A DNA stretch of 47,561 nucleotides, from assembly GCA_934481375.1 (NCBI GenBank), contig CAKSPN010000001.1:1-47561 (forward strand), in the 5' to 3' direction. Shown here one piece after another: positions 8,153 to 16,652 of this stretch (the stretch's first letter is position 1; each line of letters opens with the position of its first letter). The stretch is from an uncultured Clostridia bacterium. Its GTDB lineage: Bacteria > Bacillota > Clostridia > UBA1381. A model generated the notes under the pieces. It was given only the letters and a program-made list of their open reading frames with translations, had not been told where the DNA came from and did no database searches. The translations under genes and the position numbers were made by a program.

Positions 8153-10561
8153 ATGAACATAAGAGAGGCAATAAAAAAATCAACGGTTTATCTTGACGGC
8201 GGAATGGGCACGCTCCTGCAGGAGCGTGGGCTTAAAGCAGGGGAACTCCCCGAGCTTTGGAATATTTCGCACCCGGACGTGATAACCGAGGTACACAAGG
8301 AATATTTCGACGCCGGCAGTAACATAGTAAACGCAAACACCTTCGGCGCAAACACGCTTAAATTTTCCGAAACGGAGCTTTTTGAAATAATAAAGCACGC
8401 CATAGAAAACGCAAAAAAAGCCGCTATGCTCTCGGGCGGAAACCAAGAAAAATACGTTGCGCTAGACATAGGACCCACGGGAAGGCTTTTAAAGCCTTAC
8501 GGCGATTTTGATTTTGAAGAAGCCGTAACAGTCTTTTCAAAAACCGTTGAAATCGGCGCTCAGTGCGGAGCAGACCTGATATTTATTGAAACGATGAACG
8601 ACAGCTACGAAACAAAAGCGGCGGCGCTTGCGGCAAAGGAAAACTCCGATCTGCCCGTATTCGTATCCAACGCATACGGCGAGGACGGCAAGCTTATGAC
8701 AGGCGCATCGCCTGCCGCAATGGCGGCTATGCTTGAGGGAATGGGCGTTGACGCAATCGGCGCAAACTGCTCGCTTGGACCGAAACAGCTTGCCGGAGTT
8801 ATAAAGGAAATAATAAAATACTCCTCCCTGCCCGTCATATTAAAGCCGAACGCAGGGCTGCCCGTAAGCGACGGCAACAGAACGTACTATGATGTCGGTG
8901 CGGACGAATTTGCGGAGGACATATACGCTCTTGCGCAATGCGGAGTGAGCATAATAGGCGGCTGCTGCGGAACAACGCCAGAATACATCAGAAAAGCGGT
9001 GGAAAAAACAAAAAATCTGCCGTTTAAGCCGATCGGGAAGAAAAGCCGCACGCTTGTATCGTCATACACGCATGCGGTGGAAATAAGCGATTACCCCGTT
9101 CTGATAGGCGAGAGAATAAATCCCACGGGCAAAAAGCGCTTTAAACAGGCGCTCAAGGAAAACGACATAGGCTACATTCTGCAAGAGGGAATAAATCAGC
9201 AGAACAAGGGCGTGCATATCCTTGACGTGAACGTCGGACTTCCCGACATTGACGAAACAAAAATGCTTACCGATGTTGTGTGTGAACTGCAGGCGGTTAT
9301 TGATTTGCCTTTACAGATTGACACCTCCTCGCCCGAGGCAATGGAGAGCGCTCTGCGCCGATACAACGGCAAAGCCATGATAAATTCCGTCAACGGCAAA
9401 AAAGAGGTTATGGACGCCGTCTTTCCGCTCGTGAAAAAATACGGCGGTGCGGTTGTTGCGCTCACGCTTGATGAGGGCGGTATACCCGAAACCGCTGAGG
9501 GCAGAATAGAAATAGCGAAAAAAATCCTCGCCGAAGCGGAAAAGTACGGCATAGAGAAAAAGGATATTGTGTTCGACACGCTGTGTATGGCGGTCAGTGC
9601 GGACTCACGTGCGGCGCTCACAACGCTTAAATCGCTCAATTATATACACAATGTACTCGGTGTGAACACCGTTTTGGGCGTATCGAATATTTCGTTCGGG
9701 TTACCCGCAAGGGGCGTTGTAAACGCAAATTTCTTTGCGTTTGCGCTTGAAAACGGGCTTACCTCGGCAATCATAAACCCGTATTCGATTGATATGTTAA
9801 AAACGTACTACACGTTCTTAACGCTCCACGGAATGGACAAAAATTGTCTCGGATATATAAATTTTGCCGAAGAATATGACATTTCGGCGTCCGCATCTGC
9901 TGAAAAAAAGGAAAAAACCGACAAATCCGCAGGGGCATCGGAATTACAGGACGCTGTTGTACACGGACTTAAGGACAAGGCGGCGGCTATCTGCGCCGAG
10001 CTTTTGAAAACCGTCCCTCCGCTTGAAATAGTAAACAACGAAATAATACCCGCTCTTGACATTGCCGGAAAGGGATTTGAGGAAAAGCGGATTTACCTCC
10101 CCCAGCTTTTAATGAGCGCCGAGGCGGCAAAGAGTGCGTTTGAAAAGGTAAAAAGCCTTATTGCCGCAGACGGCACGCAGGAGAAAAAATGCACCGTTGT
10201 AATCGCCACGGTCAAGGGCGACATACACGACATAGGCAAAAACATTGTCAAGGTACTGCTTGAAAATTACGGCTTTGAGGTTATCGACCTCGGACGCGAC
10301 GTTCCGCCGGAGGACATATGCGGAGCGGTGAAAAAACTGCACGCCCCCGTATGCGGATTGAGTGCGCTTATGACAACAACCGTTCCGTACATGGCGGAAA
10401 CGATAGAGCTTTTGAAAAAGGAAACGCCATGGTGCAGAACCGTTGTCGGTGGCGCTGTATTGAACAAGGAATACGCCGATATGATAGGCGCTGACAAATA
10501 CGCAAAGGACGCAATGGAAACAGTGCGATATGCGGAAACAATTTCGAAAGAAAACAAATGA
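8153..10561 (+). CDS. metH: Cobalamin-dependent methionine synthase (Hcy-, pterin- and B12-binding modules, no activation domain)
   Basis: N-terminal homocysteine S-methyltransferase fold (GGCCGTTPEYI), central pterin-binding region, and the B12-binding DxHxxG motif (GDIHDIGKNIV). Confidence 0.9.
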   Translation: MNIREAIKKSTVYLDGGMGTLLQERGLKAGELPELWNISHPDVITEVHKEYFDAGSNIVNANTFGANTLKFSETELFEIIKHAIENAKKAAMLSGGNQEKYVALDIGPTGRLLKPYGDFDFEEAVTVFSKTVEIGAQCGADLIFIETMNDSYETKAAALAAKENSDLPVFVSNAYGEDGKLMTGASPAAMAAMLEGMGVDAIGANCSLGPKQLAGVIKEIIKYSSLPVILKPNAGLPVSDGNRTYYDVGADEFAEDIYALAQCGVSIIGGCCGTTPEYIRKAVEKTKNLPFKPIGKKSRTLVSSYTHAVEISDYPVLIGERINPTGKKRFKQALKENDIGYILQEGINQQNKGVHILDVNVGLPDIDETKMLTDVVCELQAVIDLPLQIDTSSPEAMESALRRYNGKAMINSVNGKKEVMDAVFPLVKKYGGAVVALTLDEGGIPETAEGRIEIAKKILAEAEKYGIEKKDIVFDTLCMAVSADSRAALTTLKSLNYIHNVLGVNTVLGVSNISFGLPARGVVNANFFAFALENGLTSAIINPYSIDMLKTYYTFLTLHGMDKNCLGYINFAEEYDISASASAEKKEKTDKSAGASELQDAVVHGLKDKAAAICAELLKTVPPLEIVNNEIIPALDIAGKGFEEKRIYLPQLLMSAEAAKSAFEKVKSLIAADGTQEKKCTVVIATVKGDIHDIGKNIVKVLLENYGFEVIDLGRDVPPEDICGAVKKLHAPVCGLSALMTTTVPYMAETIELLKKETPWCRTVVGGAVLNKEYADMIGADKYAKDAMETVRYAETISKENK

Positions 10562-10564
10562 TTT

Positions 10565-10591
10565 CACGGCAGGGATTTGATCCCTGCCGTG
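10565..10591. terminator. Hairpin between convergent metH and the sigma-fusion gene (possible bidirectional terminator)
   Basis: CACGGCAGGGA-tttga-TCCCTGCCGTG, a perfect 11-bp stem. Flanking T/A runs are weak. Confidence 0.55.
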
Positions 10592-10599
10592 TTGTTTAA

Positions 10600-11871
10600 T
10601 CAGAGAATATAATCGGTGATGCAATCGTACCAGTGAACATAGGTTGTATCGTTTACGGTAAGCCTGTCGTTATTCGGGAGCTGCTCACTCCACGGCATTT
10701 TATAGCGGTCGACAGCCCAGTCGTCACGGTTAAATCTGCGCCAAAGAATTGTCCTTCCGTTCTTATCCAAAAACTGCTCCGATACTACACCGCAGCCACA
10801 GGCATCAATATTCATCACGCAGACGGTATCATAACTTTTTTCGCCAATCGTAACGGTGTAATGTCCTACGATGTCCAGCAGAAAATCTTTGTTTGCGCTT
10901 GAAACAATTGTGCCCGTTCTCTTAATATCGCCCTTGGGTACCAAATTGGTTTCATTGCCGCAATTATCTTCGCCAAATCCCCAGTCGGACAGAAATTCAT
11001 CACCGTCAAGGAATGTGATATAATTGCGGACATCGCCGTCATTTCTGAATGTTGCAAGATAACGGCAATGCGTGTCGGTGAGCTGTGCAACAAATGTACG
11101 GTTTATTGTTTTATTTTTATCGGAGCAGGAGGTTTCCCGTGCGGTCAGTTCCACGCCCTCAATGCCGTGAACCTTAGCTTTGCCGGTAACTTGCATATCG
11201 TATATATGGCTGCACTTTCGGGACGGAATATCATACGTACCCCAGGAAATTTTTTCGCCGAGCTTGGGTACTAAAAACCAACCCATAAGCTCCTCCCATT
11301 TAACCTCAAAAGGAGCTTCGGTACTTGCTTCGATTTTATATTCGGGAATAAATTCGGGTAATTTTTTCATATAGAGTTCTCCTTTCGATACATCAATGCG
11401 ATACGGATACTTACTTTTGAATTTTTGTTTTGCTGTATGCAGTCTGCTTTTTACGGTCCCGACAGGGATATTAAGTTGTTTTGCGATTTCCGCTTGCGGC
11501 ATCTCTTTCCAGAAGTAAAGGTAAAGGATCTGCTTATCCTTATCACCGAGCAAACTCAGCGTTGTTCTTACAGTATTAATTACGGAAACACCATGCCTGC
11601 CGTCCGATAGTTCCTTTTCTGTCAGCCCGTCAATCGGGATTTCGTACCGGGCGGCTTTTTTTCTGAAATAATCATTGCATTTGTTTCTTGCTATGCTGAT
11701 AATCCATGCTTTGAATGAGTCCTTATTCTTCAGCTGATGAAATTTCCGATACGCTGTAAGGAATACCTCCTGCAACACATCGTCCGCATCTGCTTTGGAA
11801 CTTATCCGAAATCTCACAAACCGTGCCACAGAAACACGCTCTGCTTCCAACAAGTTCTCAAACCCGTCCAC
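10600..11871 (-). CDS. ECF (group 4) sigma-70 factor fused in frame to a 256-aa soluble Cys-containing C-terminal domain
   Basis: Region 2 (DDVLQEVFLTAYRKFHQL...FKAWIISIARNKCNDYFRKK) and region 4 (MPQAEIAKQLNIPVGTVKSRLHTAKQKF) are present. Preferred start is GTG 11871, just downstream of GGGGGAG. The ORF-track start at 11973 lies inside the typA terminator. An internal AAAGGAG-8 nt-ATG at 11370 precedes the C-terminal domain. Confidence 0.8.
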   Translation of the reverse strand: MDGFENLLEAERVSVARFVRFRISSKADADDVLQEVFLTAYRKFHQLKNKDSFKAWIISIARNKCNDYFRKKAARYEIPIDGLTEKELSDGRHGVSVINTVRTTLSLLGDKDKQILYLYFWKEMPQAEIAKQLNIPVGTVKSRLHTAKQKFKSKYPYRIDVSKGELYMKKLPEFIPEYKIEASTEAPFEVKWEELMGWFLVPKLGEKISWGTYDIPSRKCSHIYDMQVTGKAKVHGIEGVELTARETSCSDKNKTINRTFVAQLTDTHCRYLATFRNDGDVRNYITFLDGDEFLSDWGFGEDNCGNETNLVPKGDIKRTGTIVSSANKDFLLDIVGHYTVTIGEKSYDTVCVMNIDACGCGVVSEQFLDKNGRTILWRRFNRDDWAVDRYKMPWSEQLPNNDRLTVNDTTYVHWYDCITDYIL

Positions 11872-11940
11872 ATCATCTCCCCCTTTTGTCTGTGTTTCAC
11901 TTATATAGACGGATACCGTTACCGAAAGGTTCATTTTCCG

Positions 11941-11982
11941 AAAAAACAACCGCCGATTGAATTTAAAATCCAATCGGCGGTT
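11941..11982 (-). terminator. Rho-independent terminator of typA
   Basis: On the minus strand: AACCGCCGATTG-loop-CAATCGGCGGTT (12-bp stem) followed by TTTTTT. Confidence 0.8.
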
Positions 11983-11988
11983 AATTTT

Positions 11989-13818
11989 TTATCTTCTCTT
12001 TTTTGCGGCTTCCTTGGCACGCAAATCTGTTTTTAAAATTCTCTTTCTCATACGCAGATTTTGCGGAGTTACCTCCAAAAGCTCGTCCTCTGCGATAAAA
12101 TCAAGACATTCCTCAAGCGTCATTTCTTTCGGCGGAACAAGCTTTAATGCGTCGTCCGAGCCTGACGCACGTGTATTTGTTGCGTGCTTTTTCTTGCACA
12201 CATTAACCGTTATATCCTCCAGTCTGGAGCTTTCGCCGACAATCATTCCCTCATACACTCTCACGTTCGGACCGAGGAAAAGCGTACCGCGCTCCTGTGC
12301 GTTGAACAAGCCGTAGGTAATCGTTTCGCCGTCCTCCCACGCAATCAGCGCACCTCTCGAACGTCCGTGATACTCGCCCTTTACAGGCTCGTAACATTCC
12401 AGAATACTGTTTACGATAGCCGTACCCTTTGTTGCGGTCATAATCTCGCTTCTAAATCCGATAAGTCCTCTCGACGGTATGAGAAATTCAAGACGTGTAT
12501 AGTTCTGCGCCGTCGGCGTCATATTTGTCATCGAACCCATTCGCTGAATAACCTTATCCATAACAACGCCTGTGCAGTCATCGGGAACGTCAACCGTAAG
12601 ACGCTCTATAGGCTCGCATTTTTTGCCGTCTATTTCCTTGAAAATAACAACCGGGTTTGATACCTGAAATTCATATCCCTCACGGCGCATATTTTCTATC
12701 AGCACCGAAAGATGCAGTTCGCCGCGTCCCGAAACGGTGAACGCCTCGGTGGAGTCGGTTTCCTCAACACGCAGGCTGACATTTGAGTCAAGCTCACGGA
12801 ACAATCTCTCACGCAGATGGCGTGACGTTACGAATTTTCCCTCTTTACCCGCAAGCGGACTGTCGTTTACGCTGAACGTCATCGAAAGCACGGGGTCGTC
12901 TATCTTTACGAACGGCAGCGCTTCGGGAGTATTCGTGTCGCACACCGTTTCGCCTATGTTTATATCGGTAATGCCCGATATTGCGACAACGTCGCCTGCG
13001 CCCACTTCGTCGGTAACTCCCTTTGTAAGCCCCTCAAATGTGTAAAGCTTTGTCGCTTTTGCGTGATCCACCTTGCCGTTATGGCGGCATATCGAAAGCG
13101 GCATACCCGTTGTGATACGTCCACGCTGTATCTTGCCGACAGCAATTCTGCCCGTGTAATCATCATAATCTATATTCGAAACAAGCATCTGGAACGGTGC
13201 GTCATCTTCGCAGTTCGGACATGGAATTTCTCTTAAAATAAGCTCGAACAGCTCCTTCAAGTCCTCTTTGGGATTTTCGGGATCATACTCCGCCGTTGCC
13301 CAGCCGTCACGTCCCGAAGCATATATTACGGGCGTGTCTAACTGTTCCTCGGTTGCGCCCAAATCAATGAACAAATCGAGTATTTCATCAACCACCTCAT
13401 ACGGTCTGGCATTGGGACGGTCAACCTTGTTTACCACGATTATCGGCTTAAGATTAAGCGCCAGCGCCTTTGAGAGAACAAATCTCGTCTGCGGCATACA
13501 GCCCTCGAATGCGTCTACCAAAAGCAGAACGCCGTCCACCATTTCAAGTCCGCGCTCCACCTCGCCGCCGAAATCGGCGTGTCCCGGAGTATCTATAATA
13601 TTGATCTTCACGCCCTTGTAATAAAGAGAGGTGTTCTTTGCAAGAATTGTAATTCCTCTCTCACGCTCAAGGTCGTTCGAGTCCATAACTCTTTCCTCAA
13701 CCGCTTCGTTTTCACGGAACGTACCGCTCTGCGCAAGCATTGCGTCAACGAGCGTTGTTTTGCCGTGGTCGACATGTGCGATTATTGCTATATTTCTTAT
13801 ATTTTCACGTTTTATCAT
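11989..13818 (-). CDS. typA: Translational GTPase TypA/BipA
   Basis: IRNIAIIAHVDHGKTTLVD G1 motif, DTPGHADFGGEV, NKVDR, and an EF-G-like domain order. Start moved to ATG 13818 (MIKRENIRN). Confidence 0.93.
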   Translation of the reverse strand: MIKRENIRNIAIIAHVDHGKTTLVDAMLAQSGTFRENEAVEERVMDSNDLERERGITILAKNTSLYYKGVKINIIDTPGHADFGGEVERGLEMVDGVLLLVDAFEGCMPQTRFVLSKALALNLKPIIVVNKVDRPNARPYEVVDEILDLFIDLGATEEQLDTPVIYASGRDGWATAEYDPENPKEDLKELFELILREIPCPNCEDDAPFQMLVSNIDYDDYTGRIAVGKIQRGRITTGMPLSICRHNGKVDHAKATKLYTFEGLTKGVTDEVGAGDVVAISGITDINIGETVCDTNTPEALPFVKIDDPVLSMTFSVNDSPLAGKEGKFVTSRHLRERLFRELDSNVSLRVEETDSTEAFTVSGRGELHLSVLIENMRREGYEFQVSNPVVIFKEIDGKKCEPIERLTVDVPDDCTGVVMDKVIQRMGSMTNMTPTAQNYTRLEFLIPSRGLIGFRSEIMTATKGTAIVNSILECYEPVKGEYHGRSRGALIAWEDGETITYGLFNAQERGTLFLGPNVRVYEGMIVGESSRLEDITVNVCKKKHATNTRASGSDDALKLVPPKEMTLEECLDFIAEDELLEVTPQNLRMRKRILKTDLRAKEAAKKRR

Positions 13819-13982
13819 AATATCATTACCTTCCGTGCCTTTCGGCGCAAATTTAACATATCTATTATATACCCTTTTTGCGGTAAACACAACACAACCC
13901 CTCAAAAAACGGAAAAATATACAAAATATCTATCAAATAAAAGCCGGTTAGCTGTTATATTGGCGACTTGTAAAAAATTGTC

Positions 13983-14011
13983 TTGAAAAATAAGGAAAAA
14001 AGTATTATAAT
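13983..14011 (+). promoter_or_regulatory. Sigma-A-type promoter candidate for the LytTR/kinase operon
   Basis: TTGAAA (13983-13988), 17-nt spacer, TATAAT (14006-14011). The ORF-track start at 13983 is this -35 box. Confidence 0.55.
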
Positions 14012-14042
14012 ATCAAATAGGATATATTTTGGGAGCGGCAAT

Positions 14043-14771
14043 ATGAACACGGATAAAATAAGATTTTATGTTTGTGACGATCAACAGGAGTTTATTGACG
14101 AAATCAAAAAACAAATGCGCTCGGTAACGGCCGGCGGCATTAATTACGGAACAAAGGATTTTACGGACGGTGCGGAGCTGATAGAGTATTATGCTCAAAA
14201 AAGAGCGGACGCTGTGCTTATTGACATAAATATGCCAAATATGAACGGTTTCTCCGTTGCGGAAAAACTGTACGAACTGGATCCCGATGTACTTATTGTA
14301 TTTGTTACATCGCACGAGGATATGGTTTTTCGTTCTTTTGAGTACCGCCCTGTCGGCTTTGTCAGGAAAAGTCACCCCGACGACCTGGAATTTGTTATGC
14401 CGAGATTGCTTAATAAAATAGATTCGGTGCGCAAAAAGCATGACGGACGCTTTGAATTTAAAACAAATTCATCTTCGCTCCGTTTGGATATGAATACCCT
14501 TATGTATATTGAGGCGGTGGGACACAATATATGCATAAAGCGTAACGGCTCCGATGACATTATGACACGGTGCAGAATATCTGACGCATACGATCAAGTC
14601 TACCCCATGCATATGATTCGCATAAACAGCGGAATAATTGTAAACTGTCGGTTTATATCGAAAATCACAAGCCGTGAATTGGTTCTGACAGACGGAACAC
14701 GGCTTAATGTGAGCAGAAGCCGACTGGATAACGTACGAGCGGAATTTCAAAAATATATAAGGAGCAAGTAA
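14043..14771 (+). CDS. LytTR-family response regulator (REC + LytTR DNA-binding domain)
   Basis: REC domain (FYVCDDQ ... AVLIDINMPNMNGF ... VFVTSH) and a C-terminal LytTR-like region (YIEAVGHNICIK ... RINSGIIVN). ATG 14043 with GGGAG RBS. Confidence 0.85.
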   Translation: MNTDKIRFYVCDDQQEFIDEIKKQMRSVTAGGINYGTKDFTDGAELIEYYAQKRADAVLIDINMPNMNGFSVAEKLYELDPDVLIVFVTSHEDMVFRSFEYRPVGFVRKSHPDDLEFVMPRLLNKIDSVRKKHDGRFEFKTNSSSLRLDMNTLMYIEAVGHNICIKRNGSDDIMTRCRISDAYDQVYPMHMIRINSGIIVNCRFISKITSRELVLTDGTRLNVSRSRLDNVRAEFQKYIRSK

Positions 14772-14773
14772 TT

Positions 14774-16072
14774 ATGTTGGAAACAATCTTTGAAGTAGGC
14801 ATCAATGCGCTCGAGATGTTTATTGTGGTATTTTTTATCACCCAATATCTCGGCTGTAAGTACACGGGGGCAAGGAAATATATAGGCTTTTTTACAACAT
14901 GGTTTGTGTTGTTTGCAGAGCTGTGCATTATGAACCATTATGTTACGCTTGAAACCATAGGCGCATACATACCGGTACTGATATATTTTGTATACGCCCT
15001 TATACAGCTGAAAGGCAGTATTGTGCTTAAAATATGGGTTGCGATACTTACACAGGCTATACTTTACGGAATAGCCATAGTTACAAATATGGTTTTCTGC
15101 AATTTGCTCGGTTATAACCCGGCACAGCTTATACATTCATTTAATGCAGTGAGAATTATATTTGTACTTACCACGAAGGTTGTACTTATAGTATTTGTAT
15201 GGGCAATGCTGAAATACAAGCAAAAAAACCCGATTGATGAGAAAACATGGCTTATGCTTATGTTTGTACCTGCAATATCGGTTATTTCTCTGGGATTTTT
15301 GCTTAAAGCGGCAATGCTTCATCATGATATAATGCAATACGTCGCTTTCGGAATGGTATGCATCGTTCTTGCGAATGTTATGATGTACTATTTCTTCGGC
15401 GTGCTTAACAAGGATTACGAAACAAGAATGAAACTTAATCTCTTAGAACAGCAAAACGCCGACGCAAAACGAAATATAGAGGCGTCGGAGGCGTTTGTAA
15501 ATCAGATGCGTGCGGTAAAGCATGATATAAAAAATCAGATGCTTATAATCCGCAAATATATCGAGGAGGGGAACTGCGATAACGCAAAGCAATATGTGGA
15601 CGATCTTATAGATACATATATCCCCGATATGCAGAGCTTTGTAAAAACCGATAATGAGGCGTTTGACGCAATAGTTAATGCGAAACTTGCAGTCTGCCGC
15701 CGCAAGCACATATATATGGAGGTAAAATACGACGATAACGCCTTAGACTGTATGGAGGATTTTGACATTGCGGTGCTTTTCGGAAATCTTCTCGATAACG
15801 CCGTAGAGGCGGCGGAGAAAACGAAGAAGAGACATATTTCCTTAACCGTCACCACGGAGGGCGAATATATGTCGGCGGTTATTTCAAACAGCATAAACGA
15901 CTCGGTGCTTGAAGAAAACAAAACTCTTCAGACTTCAAAGTCAAATAAGAAAAATCACGGAATAGGCTTAAGAACCGTTCGTGCCACCGTGGATAAATAT
16001 GACGGATTTATCGAATTCAGCGAGGAACACGGGGAATTTTTCTGTCACGTAATGATAGGCTTAAATCAATAA
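14774..16072 (+). CDS. AgrC/ComD-like (HPK10) membrane sensor histidine kinase, GHKL ATPase
   Basis: About six N-terminal TM helices. H-box VKHDIKNQM, N-box FGNLLDNAVEA, G-box KKNHGIGLRTV. Starts 2 nt after the regulator stop. Confidence 0.85.
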   Translation: MLETIFEVGINALEMFIVVFFITQYLGCKYTGARKYIGFFTTWFVLFAELCIMNHYVTLETIGAYIPVLIYFVYALIQLKGSIVLKIWVAILTQAILYGIAIVTNMVFCNLLGYNPAQLIHSFNAVRIIFVLTTKVVLIVFVWAMLKYKQKNPIDEKTWLMLMFVPAISVISLGFLLKAAMLHHDIMQYVAFGMVCIVLANVMMYYFFGVLNKDYETRMKLNLLEQQNADAKRNIEASEAFVNQMRAVKHDIKNQMLIIRKYIEEGNCDNAKQYVDDLIDTYIPDMQSFVKTDNEAFDAIVNAKLAVCRRKHIYMEVKYDDNALDCMEDFDIAVLFGNLLDNAVEAAEKTKKRHISLTVTTEGEYMSAVISNSINDSVLEENKTLQTSKSNKKNHGIGLRTVRATVDKYDGFIEFSEEHGEFFCHVMIGLNQ

Positions 16073-16082
16073 TATAAGTGCC

Positions 16083-16140
16083 GAGGTCAGCACCTCACAC
16101 TCCCAATAACAAAGCAGACAAACCGTTTAAGGTTTGTCTG
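16083..16140 (+). repeat. Family-2 structured intergenic repeat (H1 + linker + H2)
   Basis: GAGGTCAGCACCTC-ACACTCCCAATAACAAAGC-AGACAAACCGTTTAAGGTTTGTCT. A near-identical copy lies at 24748-24806. Confidence 0.8.
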
Positions 16141-16148
16141 CAGTCTGA

Positions 16149-16179
16149 AAGCTGTGGCAAAATATGCCGCAGCTTTTTT
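16149..16179 (+). terminator. Rho-independent terminator
   Basis: AAGCTGTGGC-aaaatat-GCCGCAGCTT (one G:U pair) running into TTTTTT. Confidence 0.7.
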
Positions 16180-16243
16180 GTGACTTTATAAAAACAGTGC
16201 GGAATGGACAACATATGTACTCCGAGCGGTGAAGTCCCCGGTA

Positions 16244-16271
16244 ACACAAATCTCTTTTACTGCATACTATA
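16244..16271 (+). promoter_or_regulatory. Possible SigK-type (late mother-cell) promoter
   Basis: AC (16244-16245), 17 nt, CATACTATA (16263-16271). This matches the B. subtilis SigK pattern AC-16/17-CATAnnnTA. It lies 54 nt upstream of the Cys-rich peptide gene. The motif is weak on its own. Confidence 0.3.
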
Positions 16272-16324
16272 CACTAACTGAAGGGCAATTTTGCCGTCAG
16301 ATATGTATAAAAGGAGGTTTTCTT

Positions 16325-16498
16325 ATGGGTTTATTCGGAAACAACTGCGGCGGCGGCAGCGATCAGTGGATATGGATTTTAATAATTATCGTTCTGGTGG
16401 TTTGCTGCTGCGGTGACGGCGGATTATTCGGCGGCGGAAACGACTGCTGTTGTGAGCGTGAGCGCAAGTGCTGCGACCCGTGCGATCCCTGCTGCTGA
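16325..16498 (+). CDS. Cys/Gly-rich single-TM micro-protein, 57 aa
   Basis: RBS AAAGGAGG is 8 nt before ATG 16325. Translation: MGLFGNNCGGGSDQWIWILIIIVLVVCCCGDGGLFGGGNDCCCERERKCCDPCDPCC (12 Cys, mostly in CCC/CC runs). A strong terminator follows. Confidence 0.7.
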   Translation: MGLFGNNCGGGSDQWIWILIIIVLVVCCCGDGGLFGGGNDCCCERERKCCDPCDPCC

Positions 16499-16505
16499 CA
16501 ATTGC

Positions 16506-16546
16506 AAGGCGGAGTGCTTTTGCACTCCGCCTTACAGTTTTTTTTT
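16506..16546 (+). terminator. Rho-independent terminator
   Basis: AAGGCGGAGTGC-tttt-GCACTCCGCCTT (perfect 12-bp stem), then ACAG and a run of nine T. Confidence 0.85.
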
Positions 16547-16652
16547 GCTGTTTACGAAAAATTTACAAAAAACAGTAGTAATCCTTGAAAAGATGTGTTA
16601 TAATAGATATAACTGTTTAATGACGGGCATTATATGCCATTAGGAGGTTACT

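Noticed and set aside
10109-10624. 171-aa minus-strand ORF overlapping the metH 3' end
   Set aside because: It is antisense to the B12-binding domain of metH and would also run through the convergent terminator hairpin.
13906-16324. Search for agrB/agrD-like or other autoinducer precursor ORFs flanking the LytTR/kinase pair
   Set aside because: No short ORF with an RBS and a leader-peptide-like sequence was found on either strand in the flanks. Only the Cys-rich peptide lies nearby, and it has its own promoter and terminator context.
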